64,000 bases of DNA, from NCBI GenBank assembly GCA_963702425.1, contig CAVPCQ010000019.1, positions 112,704 through 176,703 on the forward strand, read 5' to 3'. The number at the start of each line of letters is the position of its first letter. Position 1 is the stretch's first letter. Source of the stretch: an uncultured Acidobacteriota bacterium. GTDB taxonomy: Bacteria > Acidobacteriota > Polarisedimenticolia > J045. Both the position numbers and the translations under genes were made by a program. Under the pieces are notes generated by a model, which searched no databases, was not told the DNA's origin, and saw only the letters and a list, made by a program, of their open reading frames with translations. Positions 1 to 10,561 of this stretch are shown in pieces.

Positions 1-1
1 A

Positions 2-1090
2 TGGCTCGGCCGGGAGGGCTACCGGGCGGCGGATCTCGACGATCTCCACCGGCACATGAGTGGGACGGTGACGCTGCCCCCGAAGTCGGTCGTACTCACG
101 TTCGACGACGGATACCTCGACAACTGGGTCCATGCAGCCCCCCTTCTCGAGCAGCACGGCTTTCGCGGGACGGTCTTCGTCAATCCCGAGTTCGTCGATC
201 CGCGGGACGTCGTGCGACCCACGCTCCGCGACGTGCGCGAGGGTCGATCGCGATTGGAGGATCTCGAGAGCCGGGGGTTCCTCTCGTGGGAAGAGCTCAA
301 GCGGCTGACGGCGTCCCGGGTCCTGCTGGCCGAGTCCCACCTTCTCACACACACCTGGTATCCGGTCGGGGCGGAGGTCGTGGACTTCCACCGACCTGGA
401 GATGGCCAGTACTGGCTGGACTGGAACGCCGCGCCCGAGCGCAAGCCGTTCTACCTACTCGATCCCGACGCGAGCCGGGTGCCGTGGGGTGTTCCGATCT
501 ACGAGCACAGGAAATCGATGGAGGCGCGCTGCTACCACCCCGACCCCGAAGAGGCCAGTGTTCTTGCCGAGCACGTCGCCTCGCGAGGCGGCCCGGACTT
601 CTTCGCGGGGAGCGGTTGGCGGGAGGAACTTCGCCGCCGCCTCATGGCGTACCGGGAGACGGCGGGGGTCCGCGGCCGCGCCGAGTCGGATGACGAGAGG
701 CGGACCCGGCTGCTGGCCGAGGTCGTGGACTCGAAGCGGATCCTGGAAGAGCGGCTCGGGCGCCCGATCCGGCACCTCTGCTGGCCGGGTGGCGGCTACG
801 ACGAGATGGCGCGCGAGGCCGCCGATGCGCATTACCTGACGACCACCCTCCGCTCACACGAGGGGCCGGAGCGCCGCAACCGCCCCGGCGAGGACCCGCG
901 GAGGATCCGGCGCTGGGGCGCGCCGGACGACGAGCGCGGGGATACGGTCCACTGGTACGGCGGCCGCTACCTGGTGAGATATCTCGACGAGTTTCGGGGT
1001 GTGCCATTCGCGCGGACGCGGCGACAGGTCATCAAGGCGACCTCGCTCGCCCGGCGGGCGCTCGGCATGCGGCCGCCGCGAGGACGTTGA
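2..1090 (+). CDS. Polysaccharide deacetylase (NodB/CE4), 5' truncated by window edge
   Basis: VVLTFDDGY, SH..TH and LCWPGG motifs; frame is open from base 2 (WLGREGYRAADLDDL...), so the real start lies upstream. Confidence 0.85.
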   Translation, partial: WLGREGYRAADLDDLHRHMSGTVTLPPKSVVLTFDDGYLDNWVHAAPLLEQHGFRGTVFVNPEFVDPRDVVRPTLRDVREGRSRLEDLESRGFLSWEELKRLTASRVLLAESHLLTHTWYPVGAEVVDFHRPGDGQYWLDWNAAPERKPFYLLDPDASRVPWGVPIYEHRKSMEARCYHPDPEEASVLAEHVASRGGPDFFAGSGWREELRRRLMAYRETAGVRGRAESDDERRTRLLAEVVDSKRILEERLGRPIRHLCWPGGGYDEMAREAADAHYLTTTLRSHEGPERRNRPGEDPRRIRRWGAPDDERGDTVHWYGGRYLVRYLDEFRGVPFARTRRQVIKATSLARRALGMRPPRGR

Positions 1091-1126
1091 GCGGGGTCAC
1101 GGTCCGGCGCCCACGGAGGGAACGCG

Positions 1127-2632
1127 GTGCTGAAAAACGTAGGAGCGACCTGGGGCAAAGTCCTCGTCAGCATCCTGCTGTCGTACATCCTCACGCCCTT
1201 CATCATCTCGACGCTCGGCCAGGAGCGCTATGGGGCCTGGGTCTTGATCAACTCGATCATGGGGTATCTGGCGATCCTCGCGCTGGGAGTCCCCGCGGCG
1301 TCGGTACGCTACCTCTCGGAGGCGCTGGCCCGGAAGGATCTCGAGGACTTCAACCGGACATCAGGGGCTTGCGGAGGACTGTACGTTGTCCTTGGCGGCG
1401 CGGCGCTCGTTGCGACACTCCCGCTGTTCCTCTTTTTCACGACATACGATCTGGACGCCGCGGTGCGGGCCGACGCGTACCTTGCTTTTGTGCTCGTTGG
1501 CGCAGCGAGCGCCGTAGGATTCTACGCGCTGTTGCCTGCAGGGATCCTGAGCGCCAAGAGCGCATTCGTGGCGCTGAGCGGCATCCAGGTCTTCACCCAG
1601 GTTCTCCGTTTCGCGGTGACGATCGTCGGGCTTCGGATGGAGGCGTCGATCGCCCTGCTCGCAGCAATTCAAGTCGGTCTTGCGTTCGTTGAGTTCATCG
1701 TGTCGGCTATGTACTTGAGGCGCACGTATCCCGAGATTCGACTCGGCCGGCCGAGGTTCGACCCCGGGCGAATTCGGAAGATTTTCTCCTTCAGTGTCTA
1801 CGTGCTGCTCCTGAGCCTCGGGCTCCGGCTTCACTTCCAGACCGACGCGATCGTGATCGGCGGCCTCCTCGACGTCCGTGAAATCCCCTACTTCGATGTC
1901 GCGAACAGCCTGCTTCTGTATCTGATGGAGTTTGTCGTTGCCATTGGCGCCGTGTTGATGCCGGCCGCTTCGCGGCACGGCACTCTCGGCGAATGGAACG
2001 TGCTGCGGGACCTCTACTTCAAGTGGGCGAAGATCGCGGTTTCCCTGACGTGCGTCGCGGCGCTCTATCTCATGGTCTTCGGTCCGGCGTTCATCGGAAG
2101 ATGGATCGGTCCTTCCTTCACTGAACCCGCGGGGCTCGTGCTGCGGATCCTGGTCGTGGCAAACCTGCTGTTCCTCCCGGCCCGTGGCGTTGCGATCCCG
2201 CTTCTCCTGGGGATCGGCCAGGCGCGGGTGGCCATGTTCTCGTTTGCCGGTTTCGCCATCCTGAACCTCGTCGCCAGCCTGGCGCTGGCACGCCCGCTCG
2301 GGCTCGCCGGGGTGGCTATCGGCACGGCGGTGCCGATCGCGCTGTTCGCGGTTCATGTGCTCGCCTACGCGGCCCGGAAGGTGCAGGCGCGGGTCGGCTC
2401 CTTCTTCCTCTACGTTTTCGGCAGGAACCTGCTCGCGCTCGGGGCAGGGCTCCTGATACTGCGAGCGTCCCAGGTGTGGTTCGACATGAGCGGCTATCCG
2501 GGGCTCGTAGCGGCGGGGTTCTTCACCGTTGGCCTTGCGGCCGTACTCTGGGTCGGGTTCGTGCACCGTCGCGACCCGCACCTCGATCTGTTCGCAGAGG
2601 TTCGCGCGAGGCTTGGGCGAGGTGCCGCATGA
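1127..2632 (+). CDS. Oligosaccharide flippase (Wzx/MOP family)
   Basis: About 500 aa polytopic membrane protein; TPFIISTLGQERYGAW and QTDAIVIG motifs; EPS context. Confidence 0.85.
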   Translation: MLKNVGATWGKVLVSILLSYILTPFIISTLGQERYGAWVLINSIMGYLAILALGVPAASVRYLSEALARKDLEDFNRTSGACGGLYVVLGGAALVATLPLFLFFTTYDLDAAVRADAYLAFVLVGAASAVGFYALLPAGILSAKSAFVALSGIQVFTQVLRFAVTIVGLRMEASIALLAAIQVGLAFVEFIVSAMYLRRTYPEIRLGRPRFDPGRIRKIFSFSVYVLLLSLGLRLHFQTDAIVIGGLLDVREIPYFDVANSLLLYLMEFVVAIGAVLMPAASRHGTLGEWNVLRDLYFKWAKIAVSLTCVAALYLMVFGPAFIGRWIGPSFTEPAGLVLRILVVANLLFLPARGVAIPLLLGIGQARVAMFSFAGFAILNLVASLALARPLGLAGVAIGTAVPIALFAVHVLAYAARKVQARVGSFFLYVFGRNLLALGAGLLILRASQVWFDMSGYPGLVAAGFFTVGLAAVLWVGFVHRRDPHLDLFAEVRARLGRGAA

Positions 2633-3810
2633 CGGCGAGCTTGCTGCTGATTGCCTGGTTCCTCGTGGGGGGCGCCCTGGCCGCCGCGGCGGCGGAGATC
2701 GTATGCCGGGCCGTCCTGCGCGCTCGCCATCGGCGCTTCGTGTACATTCCGCGGTGGCGCGTTCAAGTCGAACTGAACCCAGATTACCACCCCGCACTGA
2801 ACGGCACCGTGATGTTCGAGACGAATCGGTTCGGGCAGCGCGGCGACGATCCGCCGGCTGGCGACGGCATCTTCCGAGTCTTGGCGTCGGGTGGTAGCGC
2901 AGTCGAGTGCTTCCTTCTCGATGGCCCCCGTTCTTGGCCGGCCGTTCTGGAGTCGGTCCTGTCGGAGCGCGAGGCTTGCGCGCTGCTCCACGCGCGCTGC
3001 GTTCACGTTGCCAACATCGGGCGCTCCGGGATCGACACGGAGAAACTCGCGGAAGTCTTTGAGTCGGGCACTTTTCCGGCAGATCGGTACGATATCGTCC
3101 TAATCATGACCGGCGCGGCGGACGTTCTCCGGTGGCTCGCCGCGGGCGCGGCCGCGGATCCGCCCGTCCCACAGCCATCGCTCGACGAGGTGTTCCACTG
3201 GCGAAGCGACTCGCTGTACGGGTGGAGGCCTTCGAGCGCCGCGTCAGTCAAGGTGGCGAAGATGCTCGTGCGCGCGTTCGTGCGTCCCGTCGAAACCCGC
3301 CGGGATGGCGGAGGCTGGATGATCGCGGCGCGTGCCTCTCGGGTAGCCACGACGAGTTTCATCGAGGACGTTCCGGATCCGGCGCCGATGTACCGTCACT
3401 ACGAGGAGGCGCTCGGGCGGGCGATCCGAGCGGCAGCACGGAGGGCCGACCGTGTCCTGGTCGTCGAACAAGCGTGGTTTGACCGGAATCCCACTCCGGA
3501 GGAGGCGCTCCAACTCTGGAACCCCGCCCTCGGGGCTCCGTGGAAGGACGGTGGCAAGGCGTTCTATTCCCATGACCTCGCGATGCGCCTCATGCGCGGA
3601 TTGACGGATGCGACGCGGCGGACGGCTGAGGCCTGCGGGGTCGAGTTCATGGATTTGCGGCCTCACGTGCCTGGCAACCGCGAAACCTTCTACGACATGT
3701 TCCACTACACGAACGAGGGGGCGGCTATCGTCGGCCGAGCAGTTGCGGATCGGATACTCGAGATCAGCAGCCGATACGAATCCGCTTCCCGCGTGGATGA
3801 GCGTGCATGA
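2629..3810 (+). CDS. SGNH/GDSL hydrolase with N-terminal TM anchor
   Basis: GGSAVEC block I, NIGRSG block II, FYDMFHY block V; ATGA overlap with the flippase stop. Confidence 0.75.
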   Translation: MTASLLLIAWFLVGGALAAAAAEIVCRAVLRARHRRFVYIPRWRVQVELNPDYHPALNGTVMFETNRFGQRGDDPPAGDGIFRVLASGGSAVECFLLDGPRSWPAVLESVLSEREACALLHARCVHVANIGRSGIDTEKLAEVFESGTFPADRYDIVLIMTGAADVLRWLAAGAAADPPVPQPSLDEVFHWRSDSLYGWRPSSAASVKVAKMLVRAFVRPVETRRDGGGWMIAARASRVATTSFIEDVPDPAPMYRHYEEALGRAIRAAARRADRVLVVEQAWFDRNPTPEEALQLWNPALGAPWKDGGKAFYSHDLAMRLMRGLTDATRRTAEACGVEFMDLRPHVPGNRETFYDMFHYTNEGAAIVGRAVADRILEISSRYESASRVDERA

Positions 3811-4811
3811 GAGTACTGGTCGTCGAGAACCTGTGGGATAGCGAGCCCATCTGGTGGCTGCGCCACATCGTCACCGAGGCCCGCGACTGCGAGCTCGATG
3901 TGCTCAAACTCTCCGAAGAACGCCCACTGCGCGCTGCTCTCCCGATCATGCGCCTCTGGATCTCAGTCCTCCGGGATTACGACGCGGTGGTCACCCAGCA
4001 GGACGGATACTCGACCCTCGCCCTTGCGTTCCTTCGTCGCTTTGCGCTCCGCCGCGACTGCCGCCACTACGTCAACGAGTTTATTACTCGCGAGCCCGAG
4101 TCGTCGCTCTACTCCAGGCTCAAGTACGCCTTCCTCCGCTTCGCAATGCACTCTGTGCAGGGAGTGTTTTGCTGTTCCCGTCGAGAAACGACTCTCTACC
4201 CCCGAATCCTCGGGATGGATCCCTCGCGCTTCCACTTCGCGCCGCTCGCCACGGACCCCGCCTTCCTCGAGCAACCGGAGCAGGATCCGGGCGACTACCT
4301 CATCGCAGCGGGGAGGACCGGCCGAGACTACGCGACCTTGATCGACGCAGTGCGTGGGCTTCCTATTGGCGTCGTGCTCGTGGCTGCGCCGGGAAACCTC
4401 CACTCGATCACGATCCCGGAGAACGTCAGCGTCCGCACGAACATCCCGCTCCGCGACCTGCTCGCCCTAACGGCTCGGGCGAGATTCGCGGTCCTGCCCC
4501 TTCAGGATCGTCCGGTCTCCATCGGGCAGAGCGTTCTCCTTCAGGCCATGTCGCTCGGCAAGGCGACGATCGCGACCAGGACCACCGGAACCGAGGACTA
4601 CCTCCGGGACGGCGTCACCGGTTTCCTGGTCCCGCCTCGGGACTCGGCGGCCATGCGGAGCGCCATCGAGCGACTTGCCGGGGATCAGGCACTTGCGGAC
4701 CGCATGGGAGAGGCGGCGCGGCGGGAGGTGCGTTTGCGCCACCACCCGAGGATCCAGGCGACCCGGATTGCCTCGGTAGTCCGGCGGGACGGGGGGTCTC
4801 GCCCACCGTAA
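3807..4811 (+). CDS. GT4 glycosyltransferase
   Basis: AAGRTGRDY, LLQAMSLGKATIAT, DGVTGFLVPP; its TAA stop is supplied by the adjoining IS66 end. Confidence 0.85.
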   Translation: MRVLVVENLWDSEPIWWLRHIVTEARDCELDVLKLSEERPLRAALPIMRLWISVLRDYDAVVTQQDGYSTLALAFLRRFALRRDCRHYVNEFITREPESSLYSRLKYAFLRFAMHSVQGVFCCSRRETTLYPRILGMDPSRFHFAPLATDPAFLEQPEQDPGDYLIAAGRTGRDYATLIDAVRGLPIGVVLVAAPGNLHSITIPENVSVRTNIPLRDLLALTARARFAVLPLQDRPVSIGQSVLLQAMSLGKATIATRTTGTEDYLRDGVTGFLVPPRDSAAMRSAIERLAGDQALADRMGEAARREVRLRHHPRIQATRIASVVRRDGGSRPP

Positions 4812-5278
4812 GCGGTCCGGGAGCGGCGTTCTTCCCCTCGGCGTGACGGTCGTCTACGAATAGCCCCGCGCCCGGCGATCGGGCGGGCCGTGAAGACGGC
4901 GAGGAGCGGGGCGTGTCGGTTCTCGAGACAGGCGTGTGCGGCGGAGCGAGCGGGACTGGGCGGCGATCCTGCGGCGGTACGAAGCGAGCGGGTTGGGTTC
5001 GCGGGCGTTCTGCCGGCAGGAAGGGGTGGCGGCGAGCAGCTTCCAGCGCTGGCGCCAGCGACTCCGCGGCCAGCGAGCGGTGCGTCGTCGCGCTCGGTTC
5101 GTGGAGCTGGTGCCGCCGCCGGCACCGGAGACGGCCGTGGCCAGGCCCGGCAGTTCCGGCTGGTCCCTGGAGCTGGAGCTCCCCGGCGGCGTCATCGTCC
5201 GTTGGGGGGGGAGCCGATGTTCCTGTCGTCGGCACCGCCGCGGATCCTGGCCTACCGCGAGCCGGTGGACATGCGCAA
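4808..5278 (+). mobile_element. IS66 (type A) left end, tnpA and truncated tnpB
   Basis: GTAAGCG terminus; tnpA from 4936 (WAAILRRYEASGLGSRAFCRQEGV...LELELPGG); tnpB MFLSSAPPRILAYREPVDMR cut at 5278; same end recurs at 7945 and 18347. Confidence 0.85.
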
Positions 5279-5360
5279 TTATGCCGGGCACATCGTTATG
5301 CGGAGTCCAGTGGTGGCATCGCGTCGCGTGCAAGGCGTTGAGGAGTGAGTCGCATAGGGT
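5279..5360. mobile_element. Probable RIT-element end remnant
   Basis: TTATGCCG...GTTATGCGGAG...CGCATA resembles the TTATG-repeat ends of RIT elements; begins exactly where tnpB breaks. Confidence 0.5.
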
Positions 5361-5877
5361 TATCCTGAGGGACACCGTTGGTAGGGGGTCGCCTGCAACC
5401 GCTGGACTCACTCGGATCGCATCGCGGCGTTCTGGACAATCTCCAGCGCCGTCCCACCGTATTTGACGTTGTTCGCGGCCAGGATTCGCAAGGCTTGGCT
5501 CCTGGTTGTAGCATCGAGTCAGGGTGGGCCATGCTTCCGCCGCCTCCGAGTGTCCTCGCAACAACAAGGAGGACCGATCTTGGCCGGCCACAGCAAGCCC
5601 CCCCGAGGACGCGCGCCCGTCGTGCTTTCCACTCCGTCGTCGTCGCTTCGCTCCTGCGCCTCCGCAGAGAGAACGATCAACAACCCAGAACTAGGAACGT
5701 CTTCGCGCTGCCCTCGGAGACAACTTGAAGCAGCGACGCTGTACCCCAAGTTTCAGCCAACATGCCATGAAGTCGTAACATCGACACTCCATGGCAGCGT
5801 GGAGCGATCGACCGAGCTGCGTTGACCCGGCAGCGGTCCGCTCGTCGCCGGGTCCGGCCGCAAGAAGGGGGAGAGGT

Positions 5878-7682
5878 ATGAAGCGCCTCACCCAGGTCCT
5901 GATGTCGCTGGCAGTCGCCGGCCTCATTCTCTACGCTCTCCTGCGCCACTTCGACATCCAGCAGACAATCGCATCGATCCGCACGGCACAGCCGCAGATG
6001 CTGGTGCTAGGTTTCGCTCTGATGATGTTTTCCTATCTCCTCCGTGGAGCGCGGTGGCCAATCTGGGAACGCAGCCTGACTTTCTGGGACTCGTTGCGAG
6101 TAATCCTGATTGGGTTCATGGGCAACAACATCCTGCCTGCCCGCCTAGGTGAAATCCTGCGGGCGCACTGCGCGGCGGCCAAGACCAGTGACGATCATGG
6201 GCGCACGGCCATTCTCGCGTCCATCACGGCCGAGCGGCTCCTCGACGGGCTGATCCTGGCCTTTTCTAGTCTCGTCGGGCTTGCGCTCGTACCTGTCGAC
6301 CGTCGGCTTCAGTGGGTACTGCTCGTGGTGTCGGCAGCGTTCGCAGCACTCACCTCGGGGCTCATCTTGGGCATCAAGTTCCACGAGCGCATTCGGTCTT
6401 TCGTCGCCGTCGTGAACCACCGGTTCCCAGGCCACATGACCGCCTTCGCGATGGAGAAATCGACATACTTCCTGGAAGGCCTCCTCCCGCTGGGAATGAC
6501 GTCGCGCATGATCACTGCCATTGGTGCCACCGTGATCATCTGGAGCGTTGAGCTTGGCTCCTACTATTTCATTGGCGTGGCTGTCTGGAATGACATGAAC
6601 CTGAGGACCGCCCTCCTCTTCCTGGTCGTCGTCAACTTCGCATCGCTCGTACCGTTCACGATGGGTGGTATCGGAACGATCGAGGCCGCTGCGACGGCGT
6701 TCCTGATTAGTTCGGGAGTTCCTCGTTACCTTGCCCTCGCGATGGTGCTGCTGCAGCACGCGGGGCAGTACTTTTTCACGACGATTGCCGGGGGTCTGCT
6801 TTACCTGACTGGCGGCTTCTACCGTATACCGCTCACTCAGCCCAAGGCCTTCGCAGCCCCGATCAGACGACCGAGCGAGCCGGCACCTTCCTGTGTTGTG
6901 GAAGAAGCGCGCTCGGATCTACGCCGGCTCAGCACCGCAGCGCAGCTGAACCGGCACCTCTCAGCGAGATCCTGCTCTCGATCGTTATCCCGGCGTACAA
7001 CGAGCAGGCCCGCCTGCCTCGCACCGTACTTGAGACAGTTCTTTGGTGCACAACGCACAATGTCGACTTTGAACTAATCATCGCTGACGACGGCAGCCGC
7101 GACGCGACGCTAGAGCTGGCACGGTTGTTCGAGGAGGGCGACGTCCGAATCCGGGCCCTCGCCTGCCCACATCTCGGGAAGGGCGCCACCGTGCGCATGG
7201 GGATGCTCAATGCCAAAGGCCGATTTGTGCTGTTCATGGATGCGGACGGGGCCACACCGCTGGACGAGATACCGAAGCTGTTGGCGGCCCTCGGCCAGAG
7301 ACATGACATAGCGATCGGCTCGAGGGTCGTCCAGCATCCCGGCGAGACTGAAGTCAGGGCTGCGCTGCACCGGCGCTTGATCGGGCGTGTTTTCGCGTTC
7401 TTCGTCAATGTCTTCGCCATCGGCGGCATCGCGGACACGCAGTGCGGTTTCAAGATGTTCCGCCACGAGGCGGCGATCGCGGGCTTCTCCCGCCAGAAGC
7501 TGGCGGGCTTTGCCTTTGACGTCGAGATTCTGTTCATCGCGCGGCAGCTGTCACTGTCGATCATCGAGATCCCTGTGAACTGGGTCGCGCAACCGGGTTC
7601 CAAGGTCAGTCTCGTCAGGGACTCGATTAGAATGTTGCTAGAGATCAGTCGCATTCGGTGGTTACACCGAAACATCCGTTAG
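5878..7682 (+). pseudogene. LPG-synthase-TM (flippase-like) domain fused to Dol-P-Glc synthase-like GT2, frameshifted near 6950
   Basis: GFMGNNILPARLGEILR and PFTMGGIGTIE in one frame; LSIVIPAYNEQARL, DDGSRD, FMDADG, DTQCGFK in another frame lacking its own start. Confidence 0.75.
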
Positions 7683-7799
7683 CCGGAATGCCGGAGTCCT
7701 GACCTACGCAGGATCATTTCTGCAACACCGGAGCCTCGAAGTGGAGCCGGAGGTCCGTTCGCGGGTAGATCGGCGCGTCGTCGTTGACGAAGGTGTGAG

Positions 7800-7944
7800 G
7801 CGGAACGAGATCTCGTCGACGCCGATGACGTAGAGGTTCTCCAGGCGCTGGGGATCGAGGCGCTCCTGGACGATCCGCGTCACGATCGTGCCGACGGTCC
7901 GCCAGTCGATGCCCATCAGCAGCCGCACCGCCGTTCGGTCCACC
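7800..7944 (-). pseudogene. ISL3-family transposase fragment
   Basis: IDWRTVGTIVTRIV...LYVIGVDEISFR. Confidence 0.65.
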
Positions 7945-8001
7945 GTAAGCGGTCCGGGAGCGGCGTTCTTCCCCTCGGCGTGACGGTCGTCTACGAATAG
8001 C
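7945..8001 (+). mobile_element. IS66 type A left-end fragment
   Basis: 57 bp identical to 4808-4864. Confidence 0.85.
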
Positions 8002-8322
8002 TGGCAGTTCCGGCGATCGTGATCACGCGATCCGGGATCGTAATCACTGATTCCGCTGATGGTGATCACGCGTCGGAGCGAAGCGACGGTCGGTTCGTTC
8101 TGGTTTCGCCTCCTGTCAAGGCTCGGCAGATTCTAACGCGGGATCCCGATCGGTTGAAGGCTGGGTGGCAGCAGGGCCTGTGGGGCCTGTGGGCGGCGCG
8201 GCCGTTCGCGCTGTCCAAGGGGCGGTGGGAAACGCGGCGTCATGCGTTTTCCAGGGCCCCGCCAGGATCCGTAGGCCGTCGCGCGTCAGCGCGAGTTCGG
8301 AGCGCAGCGACGATCATCGGGT
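8002..8322 (-). mobile_element. IS21-family right end
   Basis: TGGCAGTTCCGGCGATCGTGATCAC terminus with GATCAC repeats; reverse-complement homolog of 25612-25930, which follows an istB. Confidence 0.75.
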
Positions 8323-8402
8323 TGTGGAGCGTCACTCTGGGGTCCGGAAGTGAAGGGGCGACGTTTCGGACTGTGCTGCTGAAGAGAGCCGTGGCGGGCT
8401 AA

Positions 8403-9695
8403 GGGCTTGTAACGAAATTAGGTGACTAGTTGTGATCTCCCGCGAGGAAGGATACTGTAGTTCCAGTCGCCGTGGAATTGTTTCTGGCTTCAGGTTGATC
8501 GCGCCCATCTGTGCCGCCGTCGGCTTGACTGCTTTGGGATACGTTCTGACAGTGTCCAGTACACATCGTACCTTGAGTCCGGTCGCCGTGGTTCGGGTGG
8601 CCGCGATGTGGTTGACGACTGCCGCATGGGTGAGCAATGGCTGGCCGCGCCAGTTTTCTGTGATGAACGAGAACAGCCGGTGCTCGATTTTGTTCCATTT
8701 GCTCGTGCCCGGAGGAAGATGGCAGACCGAAATCATCAGTCCCGTCTGTCGGGCCAACTGCTGGAGCCCCCATTTCCAAAGTCGGATGCGGGGGCCGTTG
8801 CTGCCGCCGCCGTCGGCGGTGATGAGCAGTGACGGGGCACGCTGGTAATGCTGACGACCCAACTCGCCCCACCAGCGACGGATGGTCGCCGCCACGAAGG
8901 CGGCGGTATCGTGGTCCACCCCCACGCTGACCCAGCCCTGATTGCGACCAAGTCAAACACGCCGTAGGGGATGGCCTCGCCGGTCCGGGCTCCAGGAAGT
9001 CATGGACCGGCAGTACCGGAGATCCTTGCGGTCGCCAGTTTTGGCCCGGATTCTTGAAACCGTCCACCAGTTCTTTCTTTTTCGTGTCCACTGAGATGAC
9101 CGGTTGGCCGTGCTTCAACTGGGGCTTCTCACGCGGGTTGATGTGCTCGAACTGAGCGTCTCGGTCGGGGTGGGCTGGCCCCCTCATAGCGTCTTCCGGT
9201 TGGCCTGCAGGCTGTAGTCCAGATCGTGTTCAAGCCCCGCCACCAACGTATGGCTGACTTCGAACCCCTGCCCGTTCAACTCACCGGCCAAATGGCGCGT
9301 ACTCTTGCTCGTCCACCGCAACGGAGACTCGGGATCCCGCGTGTTACTGGCTCGACCAACTCTTCCAACGCCGCCGCCAGCCCGGGCACCACAATGGTCA
9401 TCCGTTTTCGGCCCGCACCAGGACGGCGCACCCGGTCGGCGGGCAACGGCTTCTTCTGGGTCAGCTCTTCCAGCCCGCGAACAATTGTGTTGCGCGCAAG
9501 GCCGGTCGCGCGGGCGACAACGGCAATACCCCCACGCCCAAGCGCTTGCGCCTCCGCACCAGCCCACAACCGGCGATGGCGCTCGTCCATCGAAGGCAGC
9601 AAAGCGCGATACTTCGCGCGAATTCCTTGTTCGACTTCCATGAAACCAAAATCCCAGAGACTGGCCTTATGGTCAAGTTATATCTTTACGAGCCC
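8403..9695 (-). mobile_element. ISAzo13-family IS, transposase frameshifted
   Basis: PVISVDTKKKELV, LLITADGGGSNG, PPGTSKWNKIEHRLFS spread over several frames; IRs GGGCTTGTAACGA / GGGCTCGTAAAGA; TAA direct repeats at 8400-8402 and 9696-9698. Confidence 0.9.
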
Positions 9696-9772
9696 TAAGC
9701 TGCGCGTCGCGTTTTCCGGCACGCAGGTTAGCCCGCCACGGAGGAGCGTGGCGATCGAGGGTCAGTCTCGTT

Positions 9773-10561
9773 TTGCGGCGCGATGCCCCTCGAGCGCCAC
9801 CACCCAGCGTCAGTTTACTCGACCTCGAGCTCGGGGACTATTGCGTCGCGATCGAGCGCCGCGGCTGGGAGGTGGCGGGGCTGATCGCGGAGTCCGGGGT
9901 GTGCTGTCCCCGTTGCGGGTCGTCTCCGGGGTGCACGCGGGCTCATGCGTGGCGCCACCGCGGTCCGGTGCGCGACTTGGCCGCCCATCGGGTGTTCGCG
10001 GACGTCCCGGTGCTGCGGGTGATGTTCTGTACCGGGGCCACGATCTCGTTGATGCCGGCGGCGTTGTGGCGTGGGCGAAGCACGATCGCCTCGGTCGTGG
10101 CCGCGGCCGGGCAACTGCTGGCCCACGGACTCGAGCGCGGCCACGACTGGGTGCGCGTTCAGATCCCCGGCGGGCCTGGCGTCTCGCGCAGCACGCTCGG
10201 TCGGTGGCGTGAGGCGGTCGTGCCGCGCGTGTCGGCCGCGGCGCTGGCGCTCGTCGCGCTGCCGCCAGGGGCCGATGGGCAGTCCTGCGCGGAGCCGGTG
10301 GAGAGGATGGCGCGGCTCGCGGCCGCGCTGACGCCGCGCGTGCTGGCCGGCTTCCGAGCCCGCTTCGGCCGGGCGGTGCTCGACCTGGCGCGCCCCCTCG
10401 CGCGGCGCGAGGTCCACGACGCCAGCGCTACCGATCCCGGGTCGTCTCGCTCCGGCCCCGCCACCCGCAACGGGCGGACCCCGTCTTCCGCGCGGCGCAA
10501 GGTCCCGCTCGCGCCCCCGGGGACCGCCCCGGGACGGGCGCGCGAAGGAGACGACGGATGA
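9773..10561 (+). CDS. Zn-finger/HTH transposon-associated protein (DUF6431-like)
   Basis: CPRCG...H...VPVLRVMFC..TISLMP and SRSTLGRW HTH-like segment; ATGA-coupled to the transposase; true start may be GTG 9748 with a frameshift. Confidence 0.55.
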   Translation: MRRDAPRAPPPSVSLLDLELGDYCVAIERRGWEVAGLIAESGVCCPRCGSSPGCTRAHAWRHRGPVRDLAAHRVFADVPVLRVMFCTGATISLMPAALWRGRSTIASVVAAAGQLLAHGLERGHDWVRVQIPGGPGVSRSTLGRWREAVVPRVSAAALALVALPPGADGQSCAEPVERMARLAAALTPRVLAGFRARFGRAVLDLARPLARREVHDASATDPGSSRSGPATRNGRTPSSARRKVPLAPPGTAPGRAREGDDG

